Assembly (NCBI GenBank): GCA_965208105.1
Contig: OZ242318.1
Location: 1,632,001 to 1,696,000 of the forward strand
Direction: 5' to 3'
Source of the DNA: Candidatus Latescibacterota bacterium
Lineage (GTDB): Bacteria; Latescibacterota; UBA2968; UBA8231
Length of the DNA stretch: 64,000 nucleotides
Shown: positions 18,285 to 27,400 of the stretch, piece by piece
Layout: each line of letters starts with the position of its first letter
Position numbering within the stretch: position 1 is the stretch's first letter
The notes under the pieces: generated by a model
Seen by the model: only the letters and a program-made list of their open reading frames with translations
What the model was told of the DNA's origin: nothing
Databases searched by the model: none
Program-made: the position numbers and the translations under genes

Positions 18285-19556
18285 ATGAACGGCGGTGCCT
18301 TGCCCAACGTAGAAGCAGAACTGAACGGCGTGACCTACCGCATGCCGGACTCCCCGGTGGCGGTGGTATGCGTCGACGGTGGCGACCCGGAGTACTTCGA
18401 GGCGGCCGCAAGGGCCGGCGCCGTGCCCACCGTATCCCGCTTCATGGCAGCGGGCTTCAGCGCCATCGCCCACTGCGGCATTCCAAGCTTCACCTGTCCC
18501 AACAATATCTCCATCGCCACCGGGGCTCCGCCCAGCGTGCACGGCATCTCGGGGAACTTTTATCTCGACCGCGAGACCGGCCAGGCCGTGGTCATGACCG
18601 GACCCGAGCTGATGCGGTGCCGTACCATCTTCGACGTGGTGTCGAAGACGGGTGTCAGAACGGCGGTCATAACCGCGAAGGACAAGCTCCGCAAGCAGCT
18701 CGGCAATGGACTGGATGTCAGCGCCGGCAACGTCTGCTTCTCCTCCCAGCACGCCGACCGCTGCAGCAGGAGCGAACACGGCATTGCGGACGGGCTGGGC
18801 CTGGTGGGACAGCCTCTTCCAGGCATGTACTCCTGGGAGCTGTCGCTCTTCGTGCTCGACGCGGGGATCAGGCTCCTCGAGCAGGACGATCCGCCGGCCC
18901 TGCTCTACCTCTCCCTGACCGACTACGTCCAGCACAAGTTCGCCCCCGACCATGAGGAGGCCCTCGCCTTCTACGCGGCGATGGATAGCCGGTTCGCCCG
19001 GCTCGAGCAGTTGGGTGCGACCGTGGCCCTGGTCGCCGATCACGGCATGAAGGACAAGTGCGCCGCCGACGGAAGCTACAACATCGTCTACCTGCAGGAC
19101 CTCCTGGACGAGCGCTTCGGCCCCGGCGCCGCCACGGTCATCTGCCCGATCACCGACGCCTTCGTGGGCCACCACGGGTCCCTCGGCGGCTTCGTCCGCG
19201 TCTACTGTTTCGGCGGGTTGCAACCGGCGGCGGTGGCCGACTACATCCGCCCCATCGAGGGAATCGAGGAGGTGCTGCAGCGCGAGGAGGCGGCAAGCCG
19301 GTTCGACCTTCCCCTGGACGTCGAAGGCGACGTGGTGGTGCTCGCCACCGAGGATTATTGCGTCGGTATGAAACGAGCGGACCACGACCTCGCCGATCTG
19401 CACGGCGAGCGCCTGCGGTCGCATGGCGGCCTATCCGAACGGTCCGTGCCGTTCATCATCAGCCGTCCGCTCAGTGCCGAGTACAGCGCCCGCGCCAAGG
19501 GCGAGCAGCTGATGAACCATCAGATCTTCGACTACGCCATGAACGGCACCGCCTGA
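18285..19556 (+). CDS. phnA: Phosphonoacetate hydrolase
   Basis: NGVTYRMP..PVAVVCVDG, PSFTCPNNISIATG.PP.VHGISGNFYLD, TAKDKLR, YLSLTDYVQHK, ADHGM, CPITDAFVGHHGSLG, LRSHGG. Confidence 0.92.
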   Translation: MNGGALPNVEAELNGVTYRMPDSPVAVVCVDGGDPEYFEAAARAGAVPTVSRFMAAGFSAIAHCGIPSFTCPNNISIATGAPPSVHGISGNFYLDRETGQAVVMTGPELMRCRTIFDVVSKTGVRTAVITAKDKLRKQLGNGLDVSAGNVCFSSQHADRCSRSEHGIADGLGLVGQPLPGMYSWELSLFVLDAGIRLLEQDDPPALLYLSLTDYVQHKFAPDHEEALAFYAAMDSRFARLEQLGATVALVADHGMKDKCAADGSYNIVYLQDLLDERFGPGAATVICPITDAFVGHHGSLGGFVRVYCFGGLQPAAVADYIRPIEGIEEVLQREEAASRFDLPLDVEGDVVVLATEDYCVGMKRADHDLADLHGERLRSHGGLSERSVPFIISRPLSAEYSARAKGEQLMNHQIFDYAMNGTA

Positions 19557-19569
19557 CCGGGACCGGGGC

Positions 19570-19603
19570 AAATAAAAACGCGGAGCAGCCAGGCCGCTCC
19601 GCG
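19570..19603 (-). terminator. Intrinsic terminator of the Spy/CpxP-like gene
   Basis: Stem cgcggagc/gctccgcg followed by TTTTTATTT on the minus strand; lies between convergent genes. Confidence 0.75.
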
Positions 19604-19628
19604 CATCGATCGATATGGGGTTTGCTGG

Positions 19629-20207
19629 TTACCGCTTGCCGCGCCAGCGTTTTCCTCTGCTGTAAAACGCCTCGTCCTTCATCTCCTCGAGCCTTTCGCG
19701 CTGCTCGTCCGTCAGGACCTTCTCCAGGGCGGTGCGGTGCTTTTTGCGCGTGGCGCGCATCTCCTCGCGCTGCTCCTTGCGCAGCTCCCCGATCTGTTCC
19801 CTCTGCTCGTCGGTCAGGTCCAACTTAGCGAAGGGCCTTGCGCCGCGCCCTATGCCTTCACCATCCGTGCCCCAGCGGCCGCGCCTGCCGAAAAACTCCC
19901 CGCCCTCGGCCCGCATTTCCCTCACGGCCTCCAACTGCTCTTCGGTCAGAGTTCCAATAACGGCCTGGCGATGCTCCCTGCGCATGGCCGCCATGGCCCG
20001 GCGCTGCTCGCCCAGAGCTTCCCTGTGCCCCCGGCGCAACTCGCGCAACTGTTCCTTCTGCTCACCGGTCAAATCGAGATGATCCAGCATCCTTGCCATG
20101 GGCTGTCTGTGCTCCCACATCCCCTTTCCCCCCTGGGCGACTGCGACGGTTATGAGCGCGCCGAGTGTCAGCGCGGCTCCGGCTGAGATGATCCATTTCG
20201 TTTTCAC
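19629..20207 (-). CDS. Spy/CpxP family periplasmic chaperone
   Basis: Signal peptide; four LTxxQ motifs (LDLTGEQ, LTEEQ, LDLTDEQ, VLTDEQ); GTG start. Confidence 0.85.
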   Translation of the reverse strand: MKTKWIISAGAALTLGALITVAVAQGGKGMWEHRQPMARMLDHLDLTGEQKEQLRELRRGHREALGEQRRAMAAMRREHRQAVIGTLTEEQLEAVREMRAEGGEFFGRRGRWGTDGEGIGRGARPFAKLDLTDEQREQIGELRKEQREEMRATRKKHRTALEKVLTDEQRERLEEMKDEAFYSRGKRWRGKR

Positions 20208-20287
20208 TTTTCCTTCTCCGCGTTGGTTGGGTTCACCGCCCCATTGGGCGGCTGCTGAGAAACGGCCATTTCTCCTCTCTCACCCAT

Positions 20288-20316
20288 TTAGACCGCAGCA
20301 CCGATCCATTCATTCC
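20288..20316 (-). promoter_or_regulatory. ECF-sigma-type promoter GGAAT-N18-GTCTAA
   Basis: Same motif and spacing upstream of the second Spy-like gene (44228..44256). Confidence 0.65.
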
Positions 20317-20414
20317 CGCATGGTATAATTTTTCCCTCGGCAGCCGGTCCAGCTCCGGCTCGGGGCGATGCCCCAGATGTAGTTCGCGATCCAGTTGAGG
20401 TCGCCGTTGCTCAT
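20310..20414 (-). pseudogene. hsdM: 5' stub of a type I restriction-modification methylase (HsdM)
   Basis: ATG 20414 with AGGAG RBS reads MSNGDLNWIANYIWGIA, matching the HsdM N-terminal ..LNWIANFIWGIADDVLRD pattern for 17 codons, then diverges and stops at 20310. Confidence 0.65.
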
Positions 20415-21226
20415 TCTCCTGGTTCTCCAAGAGGTGTGAGGGCTGAGGAAGGTCCGAGTGGCGACGCCTTCGCGGCGGAAGAATTCACCGGCCTGAGGGT
20501 ATAGGCGATGCGGGCATAGTAGAACCTGCTCAGCCCCTCGAAGCCGGAGTCGGTGCCGACGATGAGCCAGAGCCCGCCTTCGCCGTCGGTGGTTACACGC
20601 ACCGGATTGTCGGCATTGTCAAGGGATTTCAGCCGGTATTCATCGCCTTCCACCTCGGGGTGGGCGGCGTTTCCCACCACGACCATGGTTTCGCCGCTGT
20701 TGGCCTGGTTCCCCTTGTCGATGTTCATTCTGAGGTTTTCACCCACGGCCTGTGGTTCGACGGTGGAGGCGCCTACTTTGACGAACACGCTCTCTCCCGG
20801 CGATCCTCCGATTCCGACCAGGCCGGCGGCAACATTGGTCGCCAGGTCGAGGGAGGCGAATACCTCGTAGTCCGCATCCTCCATGAGCCCGTCGATCCGC
20901 CTCTTGAAGAACATGAACAGGTCGTCGCTGCGATTGTGTCCCTGGATGTAGAGGCCATTGCCTTCGAGGCCAGGGGGAAGAGGGCGATGACCGGAGTCGA
21001 GTTCGTAGATGGACGGATCGAAGTCGGCCGGAAGGTCGGCGAATCCGGCGGTCCAGCCCTCCGCGCCGCTTTGAAAGGTGAATTGGAACTCGGTCTCCGT
21101 TGTCCCCTGGTTGGAGGTGCAGGAGGTCCCCGCCAGGCAGGCGACGAGGGCAGCGGCGGCCACAGCAGCATGCGCCATCCGGCGAATCAGGGTCTGATCA
21201 TCAGGGTATGGGCTGGAGTTTCTCAT
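20411..21226 (-). CDS. Hypothetical exported protein / probable lipoprotein
   Basis: Hydrophobic AAVAAAALVACLAGTSC segment followed by F.F..GAEGWTAGFAD...GHNRSDDLFM...LIVGTDSGFEG. Start uncertain (ATG 21226 or 21178). Confidence 0.75.
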   Translation of the reverse strand: MRNSSPYPDDQTLIRRMAHAAVAAAALVACLAGTSCTSNQGTTETEFQFTFQSGAEGWTAGFADLPADFDPSIYELDSGHRPLPPGLEGNGLYIQGHNRSDDLFMFFKRRIDGLMEDADYEVFASLDLATNVAAGLVGIGGSPGESVFVKVGASTVEPQAVGENLRMNIDKGNQANSGETMVVVGNAAHPEVEGDEYRLKSLDNADNPVRVTTDGEGGLWLIVGTDSGFEGLSRFYYARIAYTLRPVNSSAAKASPLGPSSALTPLGEPGE

Positions 21227-21325
21227 CAGGTACGATCCGGTTAAGGAAGGGAACACTCGGGCGGTCAGACGATAGACCAGCAGGAGCACCTCTGCTCGAC
21301 GATTGGAAGAGGTCTTCGACTGCAG

Positions 21326-21394
21326 GCCCTGTTCCTGCCCCCGGGTCGGACTCAGGTCGGCCCAGCGGATTTCTCCCCTCAATATTCGGGCCAA
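21326..21394 (-). pseudogene. mazF: 5' stub of a PemK/MazF toxin
   Basis: MARILRGEIRWADLSPTRGQEQG matches the PemK/MazF N-terminus (RGEIxWADLxPxxGxEQ) and overlaps the antitoxin stop; the expected RP(V/A)L motif and the remainder are absent. Confidence 0.8.
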
Positions 21395-21621
21395 TTTTTC
21401 AGATCCTCCGCGATTCCCTCATCGGCCAGCCCTTGTTCGGCTACGGGGTCCAATTTCGCACATTCACTGGCAAGACGGCCACGGCTGAGCCGTTCCAGTT
21501 TTTCAGCTACGGCTTCCTGGATCACCTGACTTCGGTTTTTATATGCACGCTGACCCACCAAGTAGTCCAGTTGCCTGACGATTTTTTCGTCCAGGGTAAT
21601 CGCGATCTTTGCTTTGATCAT
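21379..21621 (-). CDS. Ribbon-helix-helix (CopG/MazE-like) antitoxin
   Basis: MIKAKIAITLDE..V.QLD.LV....YKNRSQVIQEAV RHH fold; acidic tail ending WPEY; GGAGG RBS. Confidence 0.88.
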   Translation of the reverse strand: MIKAKIAITLDEKIVRQLDYLVGQRAYKNRSQVIQEAVAEKLERLSRGRLASECAKLDPVAEQGLADEGIAEDLKNWPEY

Positions 21622-21728
21622 GACGAATCCTCCATGGTTTGACGATCTTTCATTCCACATCAGTTTGTCAACTGCCAACCTGGATTTTCACCGCCACTGC
21701 GGGGTCCGGCCATGCCCCCGCGACCGGC

Positions 21729-22970
21729 TCACGGCGCGTAGCGATAGACCACGGTCAACTGCGCCGCGTCCGTGATGCCCGAGTCCGCGTGGTAGTAGAT
21801 GTTCACGCGGCCCGTGCCGCAGTCGCCGAATTCGTCGCAGGCGAGTTCGCCGATGATTCCCTGGAAGCCGGCCGTCTCCCCGATCTCCCGGCGCAGGTCG
21901 CCCCGGTCGATGTACAACTTCCCGCCCTCCTCCACGGCGACGGATTCGATGGCGCTGAGAAGCAGGGTGGTGGCGTCGTATGCGTGAAAAATGAAGTTGG
22001 CGTCGGCGGCATCCTTGTACGCGGCCGACAGCGCCCTGGCGTCCTTGCCGGTCACCTGATTGGCGTTGCCGCCGAAATCCGAGTCGTGCCCCGAGAGATA
22101 GACCCCTTCCGATTCCGGCTTTGCGAGGAACTCCTGCGTGGCGGTGGAGGAGCCGGCGATGAGCGTTGCCTCTTCCAACTGCTCCACCTTCCTCGCCTGG
22201 CTGACGAAATGGTAGCCCTCGGCCGCAAAAAGCGGAAGGAAGATGCCGTCCGGTCCGGCGGCGGCGAAATTCTCCAGCACCGCGCTCATGTCCGTGTCGC
22301 CCTTGTCGACGGTGGCGACGGCGACCACCTCGCCGCCGAGGGCGCTGAAGGCGTTGACGAAGGAGGTGGCGAGGCCGTGGGTGACCGAGTCGCCGTCGTG
22401 CACGGCGGCCATCCGCCGCAGACCCAGCTCGTCATGGGCGAAGTGGGCGACCGCCCGCGCCTGGTAGAGGCCGTTGCTGTAGACGCGGAAGTAGCCGGGA
22501 TGGTAGTCCGGCCCCGGGTTGCCCGCCAGGTCCGAGGTGAGATCGGGGGAGGCGTTCGCCGGCGAGATCATCGCCAGCCCGGCCACGCTGAGCACGGGGG
22601 AGGCACCCACCGACGCCTCGGAACAGGCCGGTCCGATGACACCCACCACCTGGGGGTCGGCCGCGATCGCCCGCGCGCCCTCGGCGCCGCCTGCGCTCGA
22701 ACACCTGGTATCCAGCGGCTGGCCGAGTGAAACCGCGCGGCCGTGGATGGAGCCATGGTCCTCGGCCGCCAGCTCGATGGCCTCCTGGATCGATTCGGCA
22801 ATACTCTTCACCCCGGTGAGCGGCAGCATGGAGCGCACCTGCACAGCCGCGCCCGCGCCGACTTCGACCGCGCCGAGCGCTCCCGCCTCGAAGCCGAGCG
22901 GCTCTTCCTTTTCTCCGCACCCTGACGCGAGGGCGGCAAGCAATGCTACGAGGAAAACTCTGTTGACCAT
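21729..22970 (-). CDS. Branched-chain amino acid ABC transporter substrate-binding lipoprotein (LivK/LivJ-like)
   Basis: Lipobox ASGC; DTRCS, VVGVIGPACS, MISPA, YFRV, AYDAT, GIIGEL.CDEFGD. ATG 22970 after AGGAG. Confidence 0.88.
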   Translation of the reverse strand: MVNRVFLVALLAALASGCGEKEEPLGFEAGALGAVEVGAGAAVQVRSMLPLTGVKSIAESIQEAIELAAEDHGSIHGRAVSLGQPLDTRCSSAGGAEGARAIAADPQVVGVIGPACSEASVGASPVLSVAGLAMISPANASPDLTSDLAGNPGPDYHPGYFRVYSNGLYQARAVAHFAHDELGLRRMAAVHDGDSVTHGLATSFVNAFSALGGEVVAVATVDKGDTDMSAVLENFAAAGPDGIFLPLFAAEGYHFVSQARKVEQLEEATLIAGSSTATQEFLAKPESEGVYLSGHDSDFGGNANQVTGKDARALSAAYKDAADANFIFHAYDATTLLLSAIESVAVEEGGKLYIDRGDLRREIGETAGFQGIIGELACDEFGDCGTGRVNIYYHADSGITDAAQLTVVYRYAP

Positions 22971-23062
22971 TGCCGTACATCTCCTGATGGTTTTGCGCGT
23001 GGGCGTTGCGAATTCAATCCAGGTCGCGGATCGCGGGTCCAGGAAATGGAACGCCTGGCACC

Positions 23063-24271
23063 TCACCCGCCGGCGACGAACGGCTCGCGCTGAAACGACA
23101 TGAGGAGCTCGGGACCGCTTTCGGTCACGTGGCAGACGTCGCCGAGGGGAACGAACATCTTCCCGGACCCGGGAAGCGAGAATGTCGAGTGGAGGACCGC
23201 GGTGGTGCCTGCCTGGAATGGGGCCGCGTTGCTTTCGTTCAGCACCGGGCTCTCGCTGTAGTCCAGCCCCAGGCCGTGGCCCAGGCGGCCACCCTGGATC
23301 TCCCAGCCGCTCTCGGAAGCCTTCTCCCGCACCTCCCTGGCTACGCCTGCAACCGGAGCGCCCGGCTTCATCACCGCGAGTCCGGCGTCCTGGGCTTCCC
23401 GCGTAAGGGTGCAGATGCGCTCGAGCTCGGCGCAGGGCTCGCCGAGGGAACCGCTGCGATGGCCGTGGCACCAGTACCCCTTGTAGACGACGTAGGAGCA
23501 GGCGGCCAGAAGGTCGCCGGCTTGCAGCACCCGAAGGTGGGGCTTGACCTCGAGCTTGACGTCCGACCAGTCCGGCGCCGGTCCGGAGGCGATCCAGTAT
23601 TTGGCGACGTCGGCCCCCCGCCGGCGGATGGCGCGCTCCATTTCGGCAACCACCTCGATGCCGCGCATGCCGGGGCGGGCGGTCTTCACCAGGGTCTCGA
23701 AGCCGAGGTCGCTGAGCGCCGCGGCCTGGCGCATCATCTCCACTTCATCTGGGGTCTTGGCGTAGCGCAGCTCGGCGACGATGTCCCGGGTCGCGGCGAA
23801 CTTCCGCCCCAGACCCCGGACCATGGCCTGGTGAAAGGGGTGCGGCATGTTGTCGACCCCGACGACGCCCACCTGCCTGTCTCCAAAGCCGCTCTCTTCG
23901 AGGATTTTCAGGGTTTCGGCGGCGAAGCTCCCCGGAGCTCCCGGCTTGCCGGTGTCGACGGCTACGGCGTTGGGGTCGACCGCGGCCACCAAACGCACGT
24001 CGTCGAGTGGGGACACCTCGAGGACGAGGTCGCGCATGTAGGGCAGCCCGGCGAACATCAGCGCCGCCTCACCCACTCTGGGGACGACGACGGCCGAGTC
24101 GACGATGCGGTCGCAGTCCGCCCACCCCGACAGATAAGCCACGTGGCCTGTCTGCCCCCACATATGCTCCATCGCCGGCGAGTAGACGAACAGCGCGCCG
24201 AGGTCCTCTTCCTCCAGGAACTGCTGCACCTTGCCGATGCGATCGGCAATCCTTTCGCGGGATATCGCCAT
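23063..24271 (-). CDS. M24 (Xaa-Pro peptidase / creatinase) pita-bread-fold protein with atypical metal ligands
   Basis: Creatinase N-domain, LRYAKTPDEVEMMRQAA, GHGLGL; canonical Asp/Asp/Glu/Glu ligands appear substituted. Confidence 0.85.
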   Translation of the reverse strand: MAISRERIADRIGKVQQFLEEEDLGALFVYSPAMEHMWGQTGHVAYLSGWADCDRIVDSAVVVPRVGEAALMFAGLPYMRDLVLEVSPLDDVRLVAAVDPNAVAVDTGKPGAPGSFAAETLKILEESGFGDRQVGVVGVDNMPHPFHQAMVRGLGRKFAATRDIVAELRYAKTPDEVEMMRQAAALSDLGFETLVKTARPGMRGIEVVAEMERAIRRRGADVAKYWIASGPAPDWSDVKLEVKPHLRVLQAGDLLAACSYVVYKGYWCHGHRSGSLGEPCAELERICTLTREAQDAGLAVMKPGAPVAGVAREVREKASESGWEIQGGRLGHGLGLDYSESPVLNESNAAPFQAGTTAVLHSTFSLPGSGKMFVPLGDVCHVTESGPELLMSFQREPFVAGG

Positions 24272-24340
24272 GACTGCTCCCTATCCTTTTAGGTGGTCCT
24301 CGACCACACCGAGCCCTCTCGCTTCCAGATCGCCTTCATC

Positions 24341-24376
24341 CGTGGAATTGGTTCAAATCGTGGAATTGGTACAAAT
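24341..24376 (+). repeat. 18-bp tandem direct repeat, operator-like
   Basis: cgtggaattggttcaaat / cgtggaattggtacaaat (17/18 identical) upstream of the M24 gene. Confidence 0.85.
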
Positions 24377-24423
24377 GTAAAGTTTAACTTGAAAAATATA
24401 CCAATATTCTTCGGAATTCGGCG

Positions 24424-27400
24424 TTAGAGCGGGCGACCGTGCTCGGAAAAACCGATGATCGCCCGCGCGAAGAACGACATGGTGTCGAACTCGGCGGTCC
24501 GGAGCAGCGGATCGTCGTACTTCCTGCTATCCCTGGTGAGGCCGAGAGTGGTGAACAGATCGTAGCCGAAATAGGATGAGCGATTGATGGCGTGGATGAA
24601 CAGGGTCCGGCGCTCGAAACTCTCGCGGCTGCGCACCCGGTCTTCATGGCGGAAGGGCGCCGGCCCCAGCCCCTGGATGCCGCACTGAATGGTCGTCCGG
24701 CTCATGACAGGATACTCCACCCGCAGGATCGGCATCCAGGTGAGCCGCGATTGCAAGGCGCGGCTGGCGTAGGTGCCTCCCGGTTGGCGGTCGGCCTTGC
24801 GGTCCACCAGGCGCAGCATGGTGAACTTGAACTGCGGCTGCACCGTCGCTCCCCACAGGCGAATGGCGTAGTCCACGCGGCTGACCACGGCGAAATAGTC
24901 CAGGCGGCGGGACTGTTTGCCGCCTCCGCCTGTTCCCCCTCCACGCTGCCAGTTGAGCCGCAGGCGCAGCTTCTGCACTAGGTTCAGGGCAGACCATGGA
25001 TTCAGCCGCGCTTCCAGGTAGCTCTCATTGACCAGGCTGTCCCGGTAGTTCAGCGGATCGTCGACGAAGTAGTTGGCGAAAACCGTGGCGTAGCCGGGGG
25101 TGAACCCGGACCCGGTGGAGAAGCTGTGCCCCTGGTTGGGGATCTCCTCCAGCACGGCGAACTCGTCGGCTATGTCATCCCGGACCCGCCGCAGATGATT
25201 CTCCAAAAACAGGAGGCGCATGCCCCGGACCCCCTCGCGGCGGTAGCTGAGCAGGGCGTAGGTGGACCTGTTGCCTCCGGGTCCGGCCAGCTGGCGGACG
25301 GCGTAGCGGCCCAGGGTTACGGACCAGCGGCGGTTCAGGTCCATCTGCCCGAACAGTTGGGTGCCGCGCTGGTCCGCATCGTAGGGATGGTCGGGGTCGC
25401 GATCGTCCTCGAGGTGGTCCGGATCGTCGTTGTTGTTGCGGTCGAGGCCGTACTCGAACTCGTTCGATTCCACGTAGTACTGGAGAAAGGGCTCGCGGTA
25501 GTCGGGGACGCCGTTCAGATTGCGGTTGGTATCGGGAAGGCCGTCGCGGTCCTGATCCCGCCCCGGGAACACGCCGTCGGGGTCGACGAATTGATCGTCC
25601 TTGGGGGTGCCCAGTATCTTGCCGATGCGGACGTCAGGATAGCGGTCCCCGTCCTCGTTGTCCTGCACCAGGTGCCAGTAGACCGTGTCGTTGGCCAGGG
25701 CGTCCAGCACGCCGCCGTTGAGGGAGTACTCGCCATGCAGGTAGCCCCGCATCTCGGTTGTGAAGCCGGGATTGATGGCAAAGTGCTCAGCCCCCAGCCG
25801 CCACCTGCCGAGCCAGCGGGTCGCGTTGATGAAGTAAGCCCGGCCGCGGCGGGCGAAGCGGGGACTGCGGGCGAAGGCGGGGACGCGGTCCGCGTGAGCG
25901 GGATAGCGGCCGTAGAGGGCGGATTGAGCAATTTCCGCGTTGAGTTCCATCCCCGCCAGGCGGAGGCTGCCGTCGACGCCGTAGGTGAATAGCGCCGTGT
26001 TCTCTCCCACGTGAAACCGCACCCTGTCCAGGTTCGCCAGGTCCCGCACGTTTCCTCTCGCCCGCACCATGGTCTCGTAGAACGAGGTGCGGTACTGCTG
26101 CGCGTAGTTGCGGCCGTTGGGATTTCCCAGCCACAAAGTCGCCACGTCGATGCGGTAGTCGTTGCCTACGAGGGCATCCACCTCCACCGATTGCACCGCG
26201 GACTCCCCCCGCAGGTCGAACATGAATATCAGTTGCCAGTCTCCGTCCGCCCGCAGAACAGCTCCCGGGGTCTCCGCCTGGAAGTGCGCCAGTAGACCAT
26301 CAAGGTTGGTGGCCCTGCTGACGTCGTGCCCGGCCTCGTGGTCGGAGCGGTAGAAGTAGTCGGCGTAGAAGGGCACCTCGCGGCCCCGGTAGTAGAGGGT
26401 GGCGGTGCGCTCGGGGCCCGAGAAGCGATTGTAGATTTGGGGGCGGAACTCGCCGGTCGCGCGGGACACGGACCCCACCTGGATGGGCACTTTGGCGCGG
26501 TGGCGGATCACCCGGGGGCGCAGGTCCGGGCGCGCCATGCCGTTGACGATCAGGCCCACCTCGTGGACCACCGGACCGCCGCGCCCGTCGCGGGGCGAGT
26601 CGTCGGAGAAGCGCACGATCAGCCAGTCCACCATGGGCCGTTCGGGCCGGATCACCCCCTTGAGGCTGTTGCCGGGCCGGCTGCTCTCGTAGCTGTGCAG
26701 GTTGACGCCGTTGAACCCGAGGCGCAGGGACCCCACCCGACCCTCGGCGCGGCCGCCCAGAAGCATGGTTGAAAAGTCCGCGGTGTGCCGTCCCTCGTCG
26801 ACCCACGAGGGAATATCCCGGTAGTAGTCCGGCGGCCGCTCCAGGCGCGATGCCAGGCCGGTGAAGCCGACCCCCGGCACGGCCGCGTCGAAACGCAGGC
26901 CGTTGACGTCCACCCGCGACAGTGTCAGCGGGGTGAACCGGGCAATCAAACCGTCTCCGACCACGATGCTGTAGCCCCTTTTCCCGTAGCCGTCGCGGCC
27001 GACCACGAGATGGTCGAATACCGGCTGAAAGATATTCAGATCGGCGGTGACCACGCTGCCGTATCGCTTCCCGGCAGGGCGCCGCTCGATCCAGTGATAG
27101 AGGTCGTATCCGGTGATGAGCCGATCGCCCATGGGGCCGTAGAACGCCCGCCGCAGATCCTGGTAGGGAAAGGAGTGGTTGGGATAGTTTGCAAAGCTGT
27201 CGTGAGCGAAGTTGCGGTAGGGAATCGAGCTGCGCTGCAGGAAGGACCTGGAGGGCACGGTGGACGACAGGTGCAGGCGGTGCTGGTCCTGAGCGGGGGC
27301 TTCCGGCGGCCGGGCCAGGAGCAGCGCCCAGACACACAGCCGGCAGACCGCGCCTGTTCCCTGCCGCGCTGCCGGTCTGGGCTTCGACTTTGGAGGCGAT

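Noticed and set aside
20321-20329. Extended -10 (TGGTATAAT) on the plus strand, and a TATAAT at 43570
   Set aside because: No sense gene follows and no -35 is evident. Antisense transcription cannot be supported from sequence alone.
20233-20430. 65-aa ORF between the lipoprotein and Spy-like genes
   Set aside because: No motif. It overlaps the hsdM stub frame and the ECF promoter, which explain the sequence better.
7481-24376. Short repeats at 7481-7539 and 24341-24376 as CRISPR or iterons
   Set aside because: Only two or three units, no unique spacers of CRISPR length, and no cas or rep gene.
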